From contig JAWCFL010000001.1 of NCBI GenBank assembly GCA_038858525.1, forward strand, positions 60,001 to 92,000: a stretch of 32,000 bases of DNA, given 5' to 3'. Below, one piece after another: positions 1-9,586 of the stretch. Both the position numbers and the translations under genes were made by a program. Every line of letters starts with the position of its first letter. Within the stretch, counting starts at the first letter, position 1. Source of the DNA: Candidatus Jordarchaeales archaeon (GTDB lineage Archaea; Asgardarchaeota; Jordiarchaeia; Jordiarchaeales; Freyrarchaeaceae). The notes beneath the pieces were generated by a model that had not been told where the DNA came from, did no database searches, and was given only the letters and a program-made list of their open reading frames with translations.

Positions 1-357
1 GCTATGGCGAGAGGGTTCAGTCCTGAAAGAGCCTTCCGCCTCCTGGACGAAGAACAAATGCTGGAAGTCATAGACTTAACAAAAATAGTAGGAGACTCCA
101 GAAATACGCTTACAAGAATCAAAGGAAGGATAATAGGAGAAGAAGGGAAAAGCAGAAGAATAATAGAGGAAACCTGCGGAGCAGCCATCTCGGTATACGG
201 ACATACGGTAAGCATAATAGGAGACAGCGACCAGCTTCAATGCGCAAAAAAAGCGATAATGATGCTCATCGAGGGCGCCCGTCACTCAACAGTCTATAGA
301 GCAATACAAAGAATGGCTAGAGCCATAAAAATGAAGCGAATAATACCAACAACCTAG
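1..357 (+). CDS. KH-domain pre-rRNA processing protein (Dim2/Pno1 family), 5'-truncated by the window edge
   Basis: KH GxxG motif in RIKGRIIGEEGKSRRIIEETCG, then VYGHTVSIIG and LIEGARHSTVY, typical of the archaeal Dim2 C-terminal KH domain. Confidence 0.9.
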   Translation, partial: AMARGFSPERAFRLLDEEQMLEVIDLTKIVGDSRNTLTRIKGRIIGEEGKSRRIIEETCGAAISVYGHTVSIIGDSDQLQCAKKAIMMLIEGARHSTVYRAIQRMARAIKMKRIIPTT

Positions 358-543
358 ACAACGTAAAAGTGCTTAAAACTGAATTTACATGAAGACGCAA
401 AACAGCAGTAATTTAATGCGTTTATAACTTCATAAAAACTAGAAAACAAAGTGATAAAAGCTTAATTAAAAACAAAAGTTCAACAGTGAAATAGGAGAAA
501 AGCCCTTATTTCGTTAGTCTTACAGGTGTTCATTAAGAACTGG

Positions 544-1215
544 CTAGATATTTAACTGGCGTAGTTTCTGTAGAAGGCTGGTTTTAATATACTTTAGCAA
601 GACTAGGAAGTGCTTTAGGTAGTTTATCTTAAGTCTTCTTTTTCCATCAAGTCGAGGATGAACTGGAATGGGAACTTCGCGTATACGCGCACCCATCGTC
701 GCCGCCTCCAGAAGAAGTGTTCCGCATGTGCTTCTGCTCTCAAGAGTCAGTCTTTGCGCAAGTTTTTTTCTAATGGCGATGAAGCCGCTTCCGGCGTCGT
801 GAACTCTTACGAGGGGCCACACTAGTGCCGAAATTAGTAGTTCAGCTGGAGGGATGCTACTTCTGCGTCCGACAACGAGGTCTGCCTCGCCAGAAGCAAC
901 CAGCCCAGCTAGCAACGGAATGTATGATGGGTCGTGCTGGCCGTCTCCATCTACACGGACGATGATGTCTCCCCTAGCTTCCCTGAAACCTGTTTTCAAG
1001 GCCTCGTTAATTCCTCTATTTTCTCCGTGACGGATAACTTTAGCACCAGTCTTCTCAGCAGCCTCGGCCGTTCCATCCCAGCTACCGTCATCGACGACAA
1101 TAACCTCACTAGCATACCGCAAACATCTCCTAACGACACAACTAATAGTTTTCACCTCATTAAAGGCAGGAATAATCACTGAAACATCATAACAACTGCC
1201 TAAAAATTTAAACAA
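544..1215 (-). CDS. Glycosyltransferase family 2 (DPM1-like)
   Basis: VIIPAFNE, VVDDGSWD, DGDGQHDP (DxD) and IREVPI motifs. Confidence 0.9.
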   Translation of the reverse strand: MFKFLGSCYDVSVIIPAFNEVKTISCVVRRCLRYASEVIVVDDGSWDGTAEAAEKTGAKVIRHGENRGINEALKTGFREARGDIIVRVDGDGQHDPSYIPLLAGLVASGEADLVVGRRSSIPPAELLISALVWPLVRVHDAGSGFIAIRKKLAQRLTLESRSTCGTLLLEAATMGARIREVPIPVHPRLDGKRRLKINYLKHFLVLLKYIKTSLLQKLRQLNI

Positions 1216-1350
1216 TTACGAACACCACCCGGAAACACTAAGTTCAAACGAAAAAACTATGCGTCCGATAAGACCGCTTCTAAAAAGATTTTTGAAAATC
1301 TTAGAAAGAAACATTGGGATTGATAAGTGGAGACGTTTGGTTAAAGGAAG

Positions 1351-1477
1351 TGGTGCAGGGGGTGGGATTTGAACCCACGCAGGCTTACGTTCCCAGTTTG
1401 GGTCTACGCCACGCGGGCCTCAGCCGCGTTCCTTTGACTTAGCCCATAGTATACACGTCTGGCTCGGACACCCCTGC
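1351..1477 (-). tRNA. tRNA-Leu(GAG) with two non-canonical introns (18/19 at 1439-1458; variable loop at 1385-1403); CCA encoded
   Basis: Removing the 20-nt and 19-nt inserts gives an 88-nt cloverleaf: acceptor GCAGGGG/CCCCUGC, anticodon arm CGCGG-CUGAGGC-CCGCG, variable arm GGC-GUAG-GCC, T arm GUGGG-UUCAAAU-CCCAC. Both inserts fold as BHB-like motifs (AG/A ... AA/G). Confidence 0.92.
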
Positions 1478-1542
1478 TCCATATTGGAGTATTAAAATGT
1501 ATCTTTTATAGTTTTCTTCGTAGCGAAAGAAAAAATTGCTTA

Positions 1543-2259
1543 TTACTGTTTTGATAGTATGATTCTGGCATCTACGGCCTTTGCTCCTTTGGGGTAGGCG
1601 AAGATTGGGTTTAAGTCTAGTTGGTCTATTTCAGGATGGTCTATGACGAGTGTTGAGACCTTCAAGAGTATGTCGATTAACGCTTCTATGTCTGCGGGGG
1701 GTTGTCCTCTTATTCCTTGTAGGATTGGATATGCTTTTATTTCTTTTATCATTTCTTCTGCATCATACCTTGTTATTGGGGCAACTCTGAAGGAAACGTC
1801 TTTGAGGACTTCTACGAAGATTCCTCCTAGCCCGAACATAAGTGCTGGTCCAAACTGGGGGTCTTTAGCCATTCCGACTATTACTTCTCTTCCTTCCGGG
1901 CAGAATTCTTGAACTAGAATTCCAGTGATTTTCGCGTCGCTTTTGTATTTTTTCACGTTTTCATGTATTTCATTATAGGCTTTTATGACTTCGTTTTTGT
2001 TTTTCAGGTTGACTTTTACTCCACCCGCATCACTTTTGTGTATTATGTCGGGGGAGACTATTTTGAGGACGACGGGATAACCTATTTCTTCAGCGTACTT
2101 GGCTGCCTCATCGGGTGTTTTTGCTACTTTGAAGTTTGTTGTTGGGATTCCATAGGACCGGATTACTTCTTTTGCTTCTGGTTCTAGGAGATAAGTTCTT
2201 CCCTCATCCAGAGCTTTTTGGATTATTTTTGAGGCTACTTCGTTGGACATTCCACTCAT
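1543..2259 (-). CDS. acdB: Acetate--CoA ligase (ADP-forming) beta subunit, ATP-grasp fold
   Basis: LLEPEAKEVI, VVLKIVSPDIIHKSDAGGVKV, GMAKDPQFGP, DLNPIFAYPKG and VDARIIL. Confidence 0.9.
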   Translation of the reverse strand: MSGMSNEVASKIIQKALDEGRTYLLEPEAKEVIRSYGIPTTNFKVAKTPDEAAKYAEEIGYPVVLKIVSPDIIHKSDAGGVKVNLKNKNEVIKAYNEIHENVKKYKSDAKITGILVQEFCPEGREVIVGMAKDPQFGPALMFGLGGIFVEVLKDVSFRVAPITRYDAEEMIKEIKAYPILQGIRGQPPADIEALIDILLKVSTLVIDHPEIDQLDLNPIFAYPKGAKAVDARIILSKQ

Positions 2260-2366
2260 CCTCGCATGATTCGTGATTAATTGTGATAAGTTCTGAAGGA
2301 CATTTTCAGTTAGGTTCTCGAGAGCCAGCTCCCTATAAAAGTTTCCAGTGTTAACGAGTTACTGGT

Positions 2367-3137
2367 TTACTTTGCTAGTTCGCCGCCAGTGTATATTCGT
2401 TCTAAAGCCGCTTGGAGATTGTCGAGTCCTTCAAGTCTGGTTGAGGATACAGGTATTGGGATGTCGAACATATGGATTTTCGCTAGCGCTTCGCATATAC
2501 TAAGTGACATTTCCCTTTTCATGCCTTGGGTTTCGCGCTCTATTGCTTCCATTAGCGTGCGTGGCTCCGATACCCAATCAACGATTTTTTGAAGTTCACG
2601 GTCGGTTAGAATGTCACTTTTGGAGAGAATGTTAAGTTGAGGAAGGAAGAAGCGGTACTGTATGGATGCTCCCAGGAGCATGACGCTCACAAAGCCGTAT
2701 GGTGTGCGTGCAAGAAAGGGGTCCATCAGGAAGCAAACGGCGCTTTGGGCTCCTCCAAGCGAAGACGTCACTATTGGACCGGATTCTCTGAAGGCGAAGA
2801 GTTCCAGTTGACCTGGAGTGTCTACTAGAACGTGAGTTGCACCTAGGTCGTCAATCTCCCTTTTGATTTCCTCTATAAAGTTGACCGTCATGTCAACGCA
2901 CGCTACAAGCCCACCGTTAGGGCCTAGATTGAACGCGTCCATCACATCTTCTAGAACTACATATTCTCTTATATCAACATCTGGGGTGTAAGGTATGTAG
3001 CGTGCTCCTGGGTCGAGGTTTACAGTAGCTACATCTATGTTCTGTTCTCCTAACCACTCCGAGTATACGTTTGCAAGGGTTGACTTTCCACTTCCAGCGG
3101 TTCCAACAAAAAAAGTTGTGTAGTACATTTTCCCCAC
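2367..3137 (-). CDS. GPN-loop GTPase
   Basis: GTAGSGKST P-loop, VNLDPG, the signature LGPNGG and DTPGQLE. Confidence 0.93.
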   Translation of the reverse strand: MGKMYYTTFFVGTAGSGKSTLANVYSEWLGEQNIDVATVNLDPGARYIPYTPDVDIREYVVLEDVMDAFNLGPNGGLVACVDMTVNFIEEIKREIDDLGATHVLVDTPGQLELFAFRESGPIVTSSLGGAQSAVCFLMDPFLARTPYGFVSVMLLGASIQYRFFLPQLNILSKSDILTDRELQKIVDWVSEPRTLMEAIERETQGMKREMSLSICEALAKIHMFDIPIPVSSTRLEGLDNLQAALERIYTGGELAK

Positions 3138-3205
3138 AATTCAGTTGAATCTCATGAGCAAAGATAAAAAGAGGATCGGAAAAATCTTTTGCAGGGGAGT
3201 TAAAT

Positions 3206-3361
3206 TTGGTTCACCGTTGTGCCGTGGTTAATTGCGGAAAAATACTTGACGAAAAGGAAGGCGTTGAACTTGACGGGGAAAGGTACTGCAGAGAATGCGC
3301 CACGCTAATCATGAGAGATATACTGGCGAGACTTGCAGGAAGACCTGACCACCAAGATTGA
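3206..3361 (+). CDS. Small zinc-finger protein (51 aa; C-x4-C-x17-C-x2-C), absent from the ORF track
   Basis: TTG start after GGGGAG. Translation MVHRCAVVNCGKILDEKEGVELDGERYCRECATLIMRDILARLAGRPDHQD; fills the gap between two minus-strand genes. Confidence 0.7.
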   Translation: MVHRCAVVNCGKILDEKEGVELDGERYCRECATLIMRDILARLAGRPDHQD

Positions 3362-3409
3362 CGCGGGTGTAAATAAAAAGAGAGTCTAAGTGTTTGAGGG
3401 GGTTATTGG

Positions 3410-4090
3410 TCACCATGGTTCCTTTTTTAGGTGTAAGGCGTATCCTGCAGTGTTAGTTGCCAGATGTATTAAGGGAGTGACTATTATCGCTGCCACTAGA
3501 AGTTCGAGTGGTGGGACATAAACTATTGAAGAAAATGCGATGGCGCCTGCTATAAAGTCAAGCTGGTCTAGTCCGGGTGCAGGGCGACCACGACTTAGGT
3601 TTAAACGACGCTTGATAAATGACCCAACTAGGTCCCCTGTTAAAGCTCCAAACGAAAGGAGGAATCCCTTAGTGATGCTAGGAAGAATAGCTTCTTTTAT
3701 CATTGGAGGATACCCCACAAGGGCAAAGTAGATAGGAGTGAGAAGAATAACATTGATTGTTATGATGCACATTGCGTTATCAAGGCCTAATGCATTTGCT
3801 GCCAATATGAGAGAGATTGTTTGATGGGAGGACAGTAACATCGGGATGCCTATATTTTCTCCTGCAACAGCTTGAGCAAAACCAACTAACGTTCCGGCAG
3901 TCACACCACCCACGAAGCCTCTTACTGTTTTTCCTTCTCCGAAAATTCTTCTACCATCAATGAAGTTTTTTCCTAGGTCTAATGGTGCATTAAACTGATT
4001 ACCTCTTCCGAATATTACTGCTAAACCATTGGCAGCATAGGCGGGAAGAATATACCAGAACATTAACAGGAGAAGTGTTAATAAGTCCAT
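3410..4090 (-). CDS. carS: CDP-archaeol synthase
   Basis: PAYAANG, PLDLGKNFIDGRRIFGEGKTVRG, GDLVGSFIKRR and LDQLDF; multi-pass membrane protein. Confidence 0.92.
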   Translation of the reverse strand: MDLLTLLLLMFWYILPAYAANGLAVIFGRGNQFNAPLDLGKNFIDGRRIFGEGKTVRGFVGGVTAGTLVGFAQAVAGENIGIPMLLSSHQTISLILAANALGLDNAMCIITINVILLTPIYFALVGYPPMIKEAILPSITKGFLLSFGALTGDLVGSFIKRRLNLSRGRPAPGLDQLDFIAGAIAFSSIVYVPPLELLVAAIIVTPLIHLATNTAGYALHLKKEPW

Positions 4091-4153
4091 TTATCTTGCA
4101 GCCTCCAATAAATTGGAACTTGAGCTCACCTTTTAGACGCCGATTTTTATTTT

Positions 4154-4825
4154 TTATGTTAATCCGCTTTCAGAGATCATTAGCTCCACGGATGAGCCTG
4201 CTTTTCTTCCGCCCTTAATCAATGTTACCTGCACTTTGCCGGGCGAAATGCGCTCCATTTTTAATTCTACCATAGACCAATAAGATATAACGTTTCCTCC
4301 CACTGGACACGTTTCACCTGTTTCTGGATTAAACGTAACTTGGTTTGTTAAAAGAATAGCAGACAAAGTGTTTCGAGCTACAGCTAGAAGTTCCGCAAGC
4401 TGCATGTTCAATTTACGATTCGCAACTATGTTCCGCTCCTTCTCCTCAAGCTCCAACCGATACAGGCTTGTAACACTATCAAGAATCACAAGTGATGACG
4501 GGGGGACGATAAGGCTTAGTTGCTCTATTAATCGCTCTTGCTCCGAGAAAGAGAAAGGTTTAGCGATCATGAACTTCTTCAAGTCTCTTTCCTTAGGCAA
4601 CAACTGCGCTAGGCGTTTTGGATGAAGAGAATGTTCCGCATCTATGTAAAAAACAGTTATGTTATTAGATAGAGCTGCGAGAGCACATTGAATGACAAAA
4701 GTAGTCTTACCTCCGCTCCTAGGCCCGAAAATGTGAGTTATCATTCCAACGGGAAGGCCACCAGAAAGCAACGAGTCAACTTTGCGCACTCCCGAAGACA
4801 TTTTCTTCATTGATCCTATCGTCAA
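4154..4825 (-). CDS. radB: DNA repair and recombination protein RadB
   Basis: RecA-core-only protein of 223 aa with GPRSGGKTT, YIDAE, ILDSVTSLYR and LTNQV. Confidence 0.85.
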   Translation of the reverse strand: MTIGSMKKMSSGVRKVDSLLSGGLPVGMITHIFGPRSGGKTTFVIQCALAALSNNITVFYIDAEHSLHPKRLAQLLPKERDLKKFMIAKPFSFSEQERLIEQLSLIVPPSSLVILDSVTSLYRLELEEKERNIVANRKLNMQLAELLAVARNTLSAILLTNQVTFNPETGETCPVGGNVISYWSMVELKMERISPGKVQVTLIKGGRKAGSSVELMISESGLT

Positions 4826-4974
4826 TAGATCACCCGTTTCATATGTCGTAAAGAAACTCTAAAAGAAGATAATTAAAAATAAATTAAAAAGCAATTGAAT
4901 GTCTCTTAAAGAGACGGTGTTTCTTTCTTGCCTTAAAACTGAGAAGCATGAAGGAAGTAATCTGAGGGAGAACA

Positions 4975-6252
4975 TTGGAGTGCATTGAAACGGTAAATGA
5001 CGGAGAGTGCATCCTAATAAAAGGTCCTGCTAACATAGAGGTCAAAGAGGGCAAGGTGAAAGTGCTGGGTGGGACTTTTAACGCAGGAGAACGCATAGTT
5101 ATTCCTAAAGGAAAGGCTCTCCCCTTAAAAGCGTGCACGCCAACTACATTAAAGATTATGTCAAGCAGTATTGAACGGATAAAGGAGGATATACCATCCC
5201 AGTGGCGGATTGCTGTCGAGGAGCTGGACAAGGCTGAGAAGCCTGTGGTGGTCCTCGTTATAGGGGGTGTTGATACCGGCAAAACAACGCTTACAACTCT
5301 TCTAGGAAATATGGCTCTCGAGAGAGGCTTAAGAGTTGCTATTGTGGATGCAGATGTTGGTCAAAGCGACATAGGACCACCATGCTTTGTAGCGATGGGG
5401 TTACTTAATCACCCTGTGTCAGACATGTCAAAGGTTGAATTAAAGGACGCTTACTTTATAGGGTCAACCACACCATCAGCATATCCACATAGAATGATTG
5501 CAGGCGTAAAGTTAATGGTTGAAAGAGCACTTATGCTTGGAAGTGAAGTAGTACTTATCGATACCCCAGGATGGATTTCAGGCTTTAGGGCAAGAGACTT
5601 AAACGTCGCGTTAGTGTATGTTTTGCAACCTTCCATGATCATAGCGCTACAGAATGGAAATGAGGCTGAGGGAATTCTTAAGGCGTTTTCCAGTTCGGAG
5701 ACACGCGTTATAAGGCTTCCGGCTTTAGCGTCATGCAAGAGAGACAGGGAAACGAGAAAGTTCCTCCGCGAGACAGCTTATAGGCGGCACTTAAGTGGAA
5801 GTATAAATGTCGAACTAGACATAGACAGGGTTTCGGTGGTATACACCACGCTGTTCAGCGGAAGTATTTTGAACAGCGACGACAAAAGGAAAATTTCGGA
5901 AGTTCTGGGAATTAACCCGGTATATGCGGAGGCTTCATTCGACACGTTAACTCTGATCTTGCCGAGCGACGTTGATGTAACTCGGGAAAAAATCGAGGCA
6001 TTAAGACTACTATTTAAAGGAAGAGAATTACACTTGCTCCGTGAGACGTCTCTCGAAAATATTCTAGTTGCGCTGCTGGATAGAAAAAACATGTATCTCG
6101 GGGTTGGTATTCTAAAAAAGCTTGACTACGCAGCAAGGAAAATGGTCATCTACACTCCAGTCTCCCCAGATAAGATAGCAACAGTACTTTTTGGGTCAGT
6201 AAAAGTGGTAGAGAACGGTGAAGAAATAGGCTCCATACGTTACGGCTATTAA
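4975..6252 (+). CDS. Clp1/Nol9(Grc3)-family polynucleotide 5'-OH kinase
   Basis: GGVDTGKTT, DADVGQSDIGPP, IDTPGW and an RxxRxxLR lid; N-terminal beta domain as in Clp1. Confidence 0.88.
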   Translation: MECIETVNDGECILIKGPANIEVKEGKVKVLGGTFNAGERIVIPKGKALPLKACTPTTLKIMSSSIERIKEDIPSQWRIAVEELDKAEKPVVVLVIGGVDTGKTTLTTLLGNMALERGLRVAIVDADVGQSDIGPPCFVAMGLLNHPVSDMSKVELKDAYFIGSTTPSAYPHRMIAGVKLMVERALMLGSEVVLIDTPGWISGFRARDLNVALVYVLQPSMIIALQNGNEAEGILKAFSSSETRVIRLPALASCKRDRETRKFLRETAYRRHLSGSINVELDIDRVSVVYTTLFSGSILNSDDKRKISEVLGINPVYAEASFDTLTLILPSDVDVTREKIEALRLLFKGRELHLLRETSLENILVALLDRKNMYLGVGILKKLDYAARKMVIYTPVSPDKIATVLFGSVKVVENGEEIGSIRYGY

Positions 6253-6270
6253 AGTTTAAGGTTTTTCTAT

Positions 6271-7449
6271 TTATTTTAGTCCAAGCCAGATTATGCCACT
6301 AGGCTCCCCATCTTCTTCCATTACTCTGAACGCCTGCTTCAGTAAGCCTATTTCTTCTTCAAGAGTAACGTCTCTGCCTCCTAGACCAGCCACGCATTCA
6401 ATTACAATAGGCATTCCTTTGAAGCCGTAAAGTGTAGCTTTGAGCTCTGAAGCTAGTGCTCCTCCCTTTCCGGGACTAAGGTTTCGGTCTACGACTACGA
6501 TGCACTTGGTCCTCTTTGCAACACGCCTAAGCTCCTCTTCGGGGAATGGCCTGAAAGCCCTAAGCTTTAGGGCTCCAACCTTATATCCTTCCTCTCTCAG
6601 CACGTCAACAGCTACCTTAGCTTGGTCAGCCAGTGATCCCATGGAAAGAAGAATGACGTCAGCGTCGTCACACTTGTACTCTTCTACTAGGTGACCATGG
6701 TTACGCCCAAAAATTTTTTCAAATTCTATCGAACAACGGACTATTTTTTCTTTGGCAGCATCCATAGCTCTATGCATAAGGAATCTAAACTCGTAAAACC
6801 AGTCTTCAGGCATTTGGAGATTTCCATGAGTTATTGGGTTGTCGACATCAACTATGATGTGCCTCCAAGGCTCATGAGGTATGAAGGAGTCTACGTCCTC
6901 CTGGTTAGGAAGTATTACCGGCTGAGCGGTATGACTAATTACGAAACCCTCGAGACACACCATGACGGGAAGAAGGACATTTGGATCCTCAGCAATTTTA
7001 TATGCTTGAATAACCGTGTCAAACGCTTCTTGGTGGTTACTCGTGTAAAGCTGGATCCAGCCCGTGTCCCTCTGAGATACCGAGTCACCATGCTCAGCCC
7101 AAATGTTCCAAGGGGGACCTATAGTTCGATTCACGACAGCCATAACTATTGGAAGCCTAGTGGCAGAGGCCCAGTGAACCATTTCATGCATGTATGCTAG
7201 CCCATGACTACAGGTAGCCGTAAACGTTCTCACTCCAGTTAAACTTGCACCGATACACGCAGCCATAGCCGAGTGTTCAGACTCAACAGGAACGAAGACC
7301 GCTTCTAACTCGCCATTAAGAATGAACTCCGACAGTTTTTCAACTATCCCTGTTTGAGGAGTTATCGGATAACACGAGATGAAGCGTGCCCTGGCCATCT
7401 TAACCGCATATGCGACAGCGTGGTTTCCTGTTAGAATTAGAGTCTCCAT
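6271..7449 (-). CDS. porA: 2-oxoacid (pyruvate/ketoisovalerate):ferredoxin oxidoreductase alpha subunit
   Basis: GNHAVAYAV, YPITPQT, ESEHSAMAA, TATCSHGL and GLGGRDV. The ATG at 7449 is preferred over the TTG at 7476, which overlaps the upstream gene. Confidence 0.9.
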   Translation of the reverse strand: METLILTGNHAVAYAVKMARARFISCYPITPQTGIVEKLSEFILNGELEAVFVPVESEHSAMAACIGASLTGVRTFTATCSHGLAYMHEMVHWASATRLPIVMAVVNRTIGPPWNIWAEHGDSVSQRDTGWIQLYTSNHQEAFDTVIQAYKIAEDPNVLLPVMVCLEGFVISHTAQPVILPNQEDVDSFIPHEPWRHIIVDVDNPITHGNLQMPEDWFYEFRFLMHRAMDAAKEKIVRCSIEFEKIFGRNHGHLVEEYKCDDADVILLSMGSLADQAKVAVDVLREEGYKVGALKLRAFRPFPEEELRRVAKRTKCIVVVDRNLSPGKGGALASELKATLYGFKGMPIVIECVAGLGGRDVTLEEEIGLLKQAFRVMEEDGEPSGIIWLGLK

Positions 7450-7459
7450 GCGCTCAGCC

Positions 7460-8380
7460 TCACTTTTCTTCGACAACCATGCTTATAGCTTTTCTAGGGC
7501 ATTCATTAAAGCATACTTCGCAGCCCTTACAGTAATTGTAATCTATTTGAGGAAAACCACTATCATCTATATTTATTGTGGCTTCAGGACAATACATCCA
7601 GCAGAAGAGGCACTTATTGCACTTTTCTTTATCGATTACGGGCTTACGTGTGCGCCAGTCTCCCGTATTACCTATGCTTCCCTTACTCGGGGTCGATACA
7701 GGAACCGGAGGCAGATCAGTCCAGTGATGAATCTCAGGTATCCTTATTGGCTTTGAAGGCGGAACTGGAGGCACATACTGCTCAGGCATTAGATGAGCTT
7801 TTCTCGTTGACTCATACGCCTTTACGACAGCATCCACATTCTTCTTCGCCAACTCTGCCTCAAAAGAGGAGGTTATAGATTCTTCAAGACTCTTGAGGCT
7901 AACCAAGCTTGTAGCTTTAGCGAAGGCGCCCAACATGGGCATAGCTAAGACTTCCAGTCCTGCAACTTGAAGATCAAGTTCCAAGCATATAGATGTGGCG
8001 TCGACCAAGTAAACCGAGCATCCTTCCGGAACTCGGAGTGATGAGATAATGTTTGAGCGAGCCGTATTAATCACGAGGAAGCCGCCGCTCTTCAAGCCAC
8101 GAACAACGGCATTGTTATCTTCCGAGATTATGGATGGGTCAACAACTATAACGGCGTCAGGCGCGTACACTTGAGAGTGTAGCAAAATCGGCGTTCGTGA
8201 AATCCTGTTGTAAGCTTCTATCTGGGCGCCCCTTCTCTCGGCACCTATCCACGGAATAGACTGAACGCCCACAAAACCTTCATTGAAGGCTGCAACCGCA
8301 AGTATCCTCGACGCAGTTACGACTCCCTGCCCGCCACGACCATGCCACCTTACCTCGAAAATGCCACTCATACTAAGCAC
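7460..8380 (-). CDS. Fused 2-oxoacid:ferredoxin oxidoreductase gamma and delta subunits
   Basis: N-terminal EVRWHGRGGQG and AERRGA (gamma); C-terminal TGDWRTRKPVID with two CxxCxxCxxxCP motifs (delta). Confidence 0.9.
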   Translation of the reverse strand: MLSMSGIFEVRWHGRGGQGVVTASRILAVAAFNEGFVGVQSIPWIGAERRGAQIEAYNRISRTPILLHSQVYAPDAVIVVDPSIISEDNNAVVRGLKSGGFLVINTARSNIISSLRVPEGCSVYLVDATSICLELDLQVAGLEVLAMPMLGAFAKATSLVSLKSLEESITSSFEAELAKKNVDAVVKAYESTRKAHLMPEQYVPPVPPSKPIRIPEIHHWTDLPPVPVSTPSKGSIGNTGDWRTRKPVIDKEKCNKCLFCWMYCPEATINIDDSGFPQIDYNYCKGCEVCFNECPRKAISMVVEEK

Positions 8381-8382
8381 CT

Positions 8383-9297
8383 CTAAAAGAAAAGCGGTTT
8401 CCCATCTAGCTCAGCCACTTTCTCCAACTTACTATCAATCATTTCTTGAAGAAGGGTTATCTCATTCTCACTCATTCCTCTGAACCTTCCCTGAGCTCTA
8501 ATATACTCTTTAACTGGAACACGTTTTTCGGGGTTCTCCAAGATCTTTCTGCTTGGAGGACTTAAACGAAAAACGCCATTCTCAACTTCATACAGAAGCC
8601 ACATCCCAGACTGAACGGCTAACCTACCAATCTTAACTGCTAGTCCAGTGTCGAATCTCCATCCAGGAGGACAGGGGGTAAGAATATGGATATATCGCAT
8701 TCCTTGAATGAGCTTAGCTTTCTTGGTTTTTCCATATAGATCAGCGGGGTAAGAGGAGCATGAAGTAGCCACATAGGGAACTCTATGAGCAGCCATGATC
8801 AATGCCATGTCCTTCTTGCTTTCCTTCTTCCCCAGGGGGGTCGTTGTGGTCCAAGCACCCGCAGGAGTACTACCACTCCTTTGCGTTCCAGTATTCATGT
8901 AAGCCTCGTTATCATAACAAAAGTATATGTAATTCGTATTTCTCTCTGCGCTGCCTGAAAGGCTTGAGACGCCTATATCAGCAGTACCTCCGTCACCAGC
9001 CCAGCATATTACTGTAACGTCTTTTTTACCCTGAGCCTCCAAGCCTCCCACCATGCCTGACGCGGCAGCAGGCCCCGCTGCGAACGCCATTTGAATGTAC
9101 GGAACACTTACCGCCGTCCGCGGATATAGACCTACATAGACGCAACCGCACGAGGCAGGGTTAACTATAACTGTTTTTTTGCCTAAAGCCTTTAGCACCC
9201 ATCGAAGAGCGAGTGTTGAGCCACATCCTTGACAGGCAGAGTTTCCGGGTAACACGTATTCCTCGGAGGCCTCTTGGAAAAATTTTCTAGCAGACAA
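8383..9297 (-). CDS. porB: 2-oxoacid:ferredoxin oxidoreductase beta subunit (TPP-binding)
   Basis: GNSACQGCG, GDGGTADIG, YDNEAYMNTGTQRS and PCPPGW. The start is reassigned to the in-frame TTG at 9297 because the first 58 codons of the track ORF look spurious. Confidence 0.88.
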   Translation of the reverse strand: MSARKFFQEASEEYVLPGNSACQGCGSTLALRWVLKALGKKTVIVNPASCGCVYVGLYPRTAVSVPYIQMAFAAGPAAASGMVGGLEAQGKKDVTVICWAGDGGTADIGVSSLSGSAERNTNYIYFCYDNEAYMNTGTQRSGSTPAGAWTTTTPLGKKESKKDMALIMAAHRVPYVATSCSSYPADLYGKTKKAKLIQGMRYIHILTPCPPGWRFDTGLAVKIGRLAVQSGMWLLYEVENGVFRLSPPSRKILENPEKRVPVKEYIRAQGRFRGMSENEITLLQEMIDSKLEKVAELDGKPLFF

Positions 9298-9586
9298 TGT
9301 TTCACTTCGCCCCTTTAAAGCTGAATGGAAGCTTAAGTAACGAAAAAGGCAAAAATACTTAAAAAAATAATGGTTCCGATCACGTTTTCTTGAAAACATA
9401 AGAAAAATGATAGGAAGAACATGAACGATGATGCGAGAAACCAGAATAGAAAGGTTTTTAAAGCTCTGCATGATAGACAGGTAAAAACTTTTTAGTGTTC
9501 TTTTATAGTATTTGTTAAGGAAAAGTAAAAGGATACCTTCATTTTAATGGATATGTTGGTTTTGCTTGGGACTCGAGAGGTGAAGT

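Noticed and set aside
9298-9471. N-terminal 58 codons of the track ORF for porB
   Set aside because: Phe/Ile-rich translation of AT-rich promoter DNA; homology starts near the TTG at 9297.
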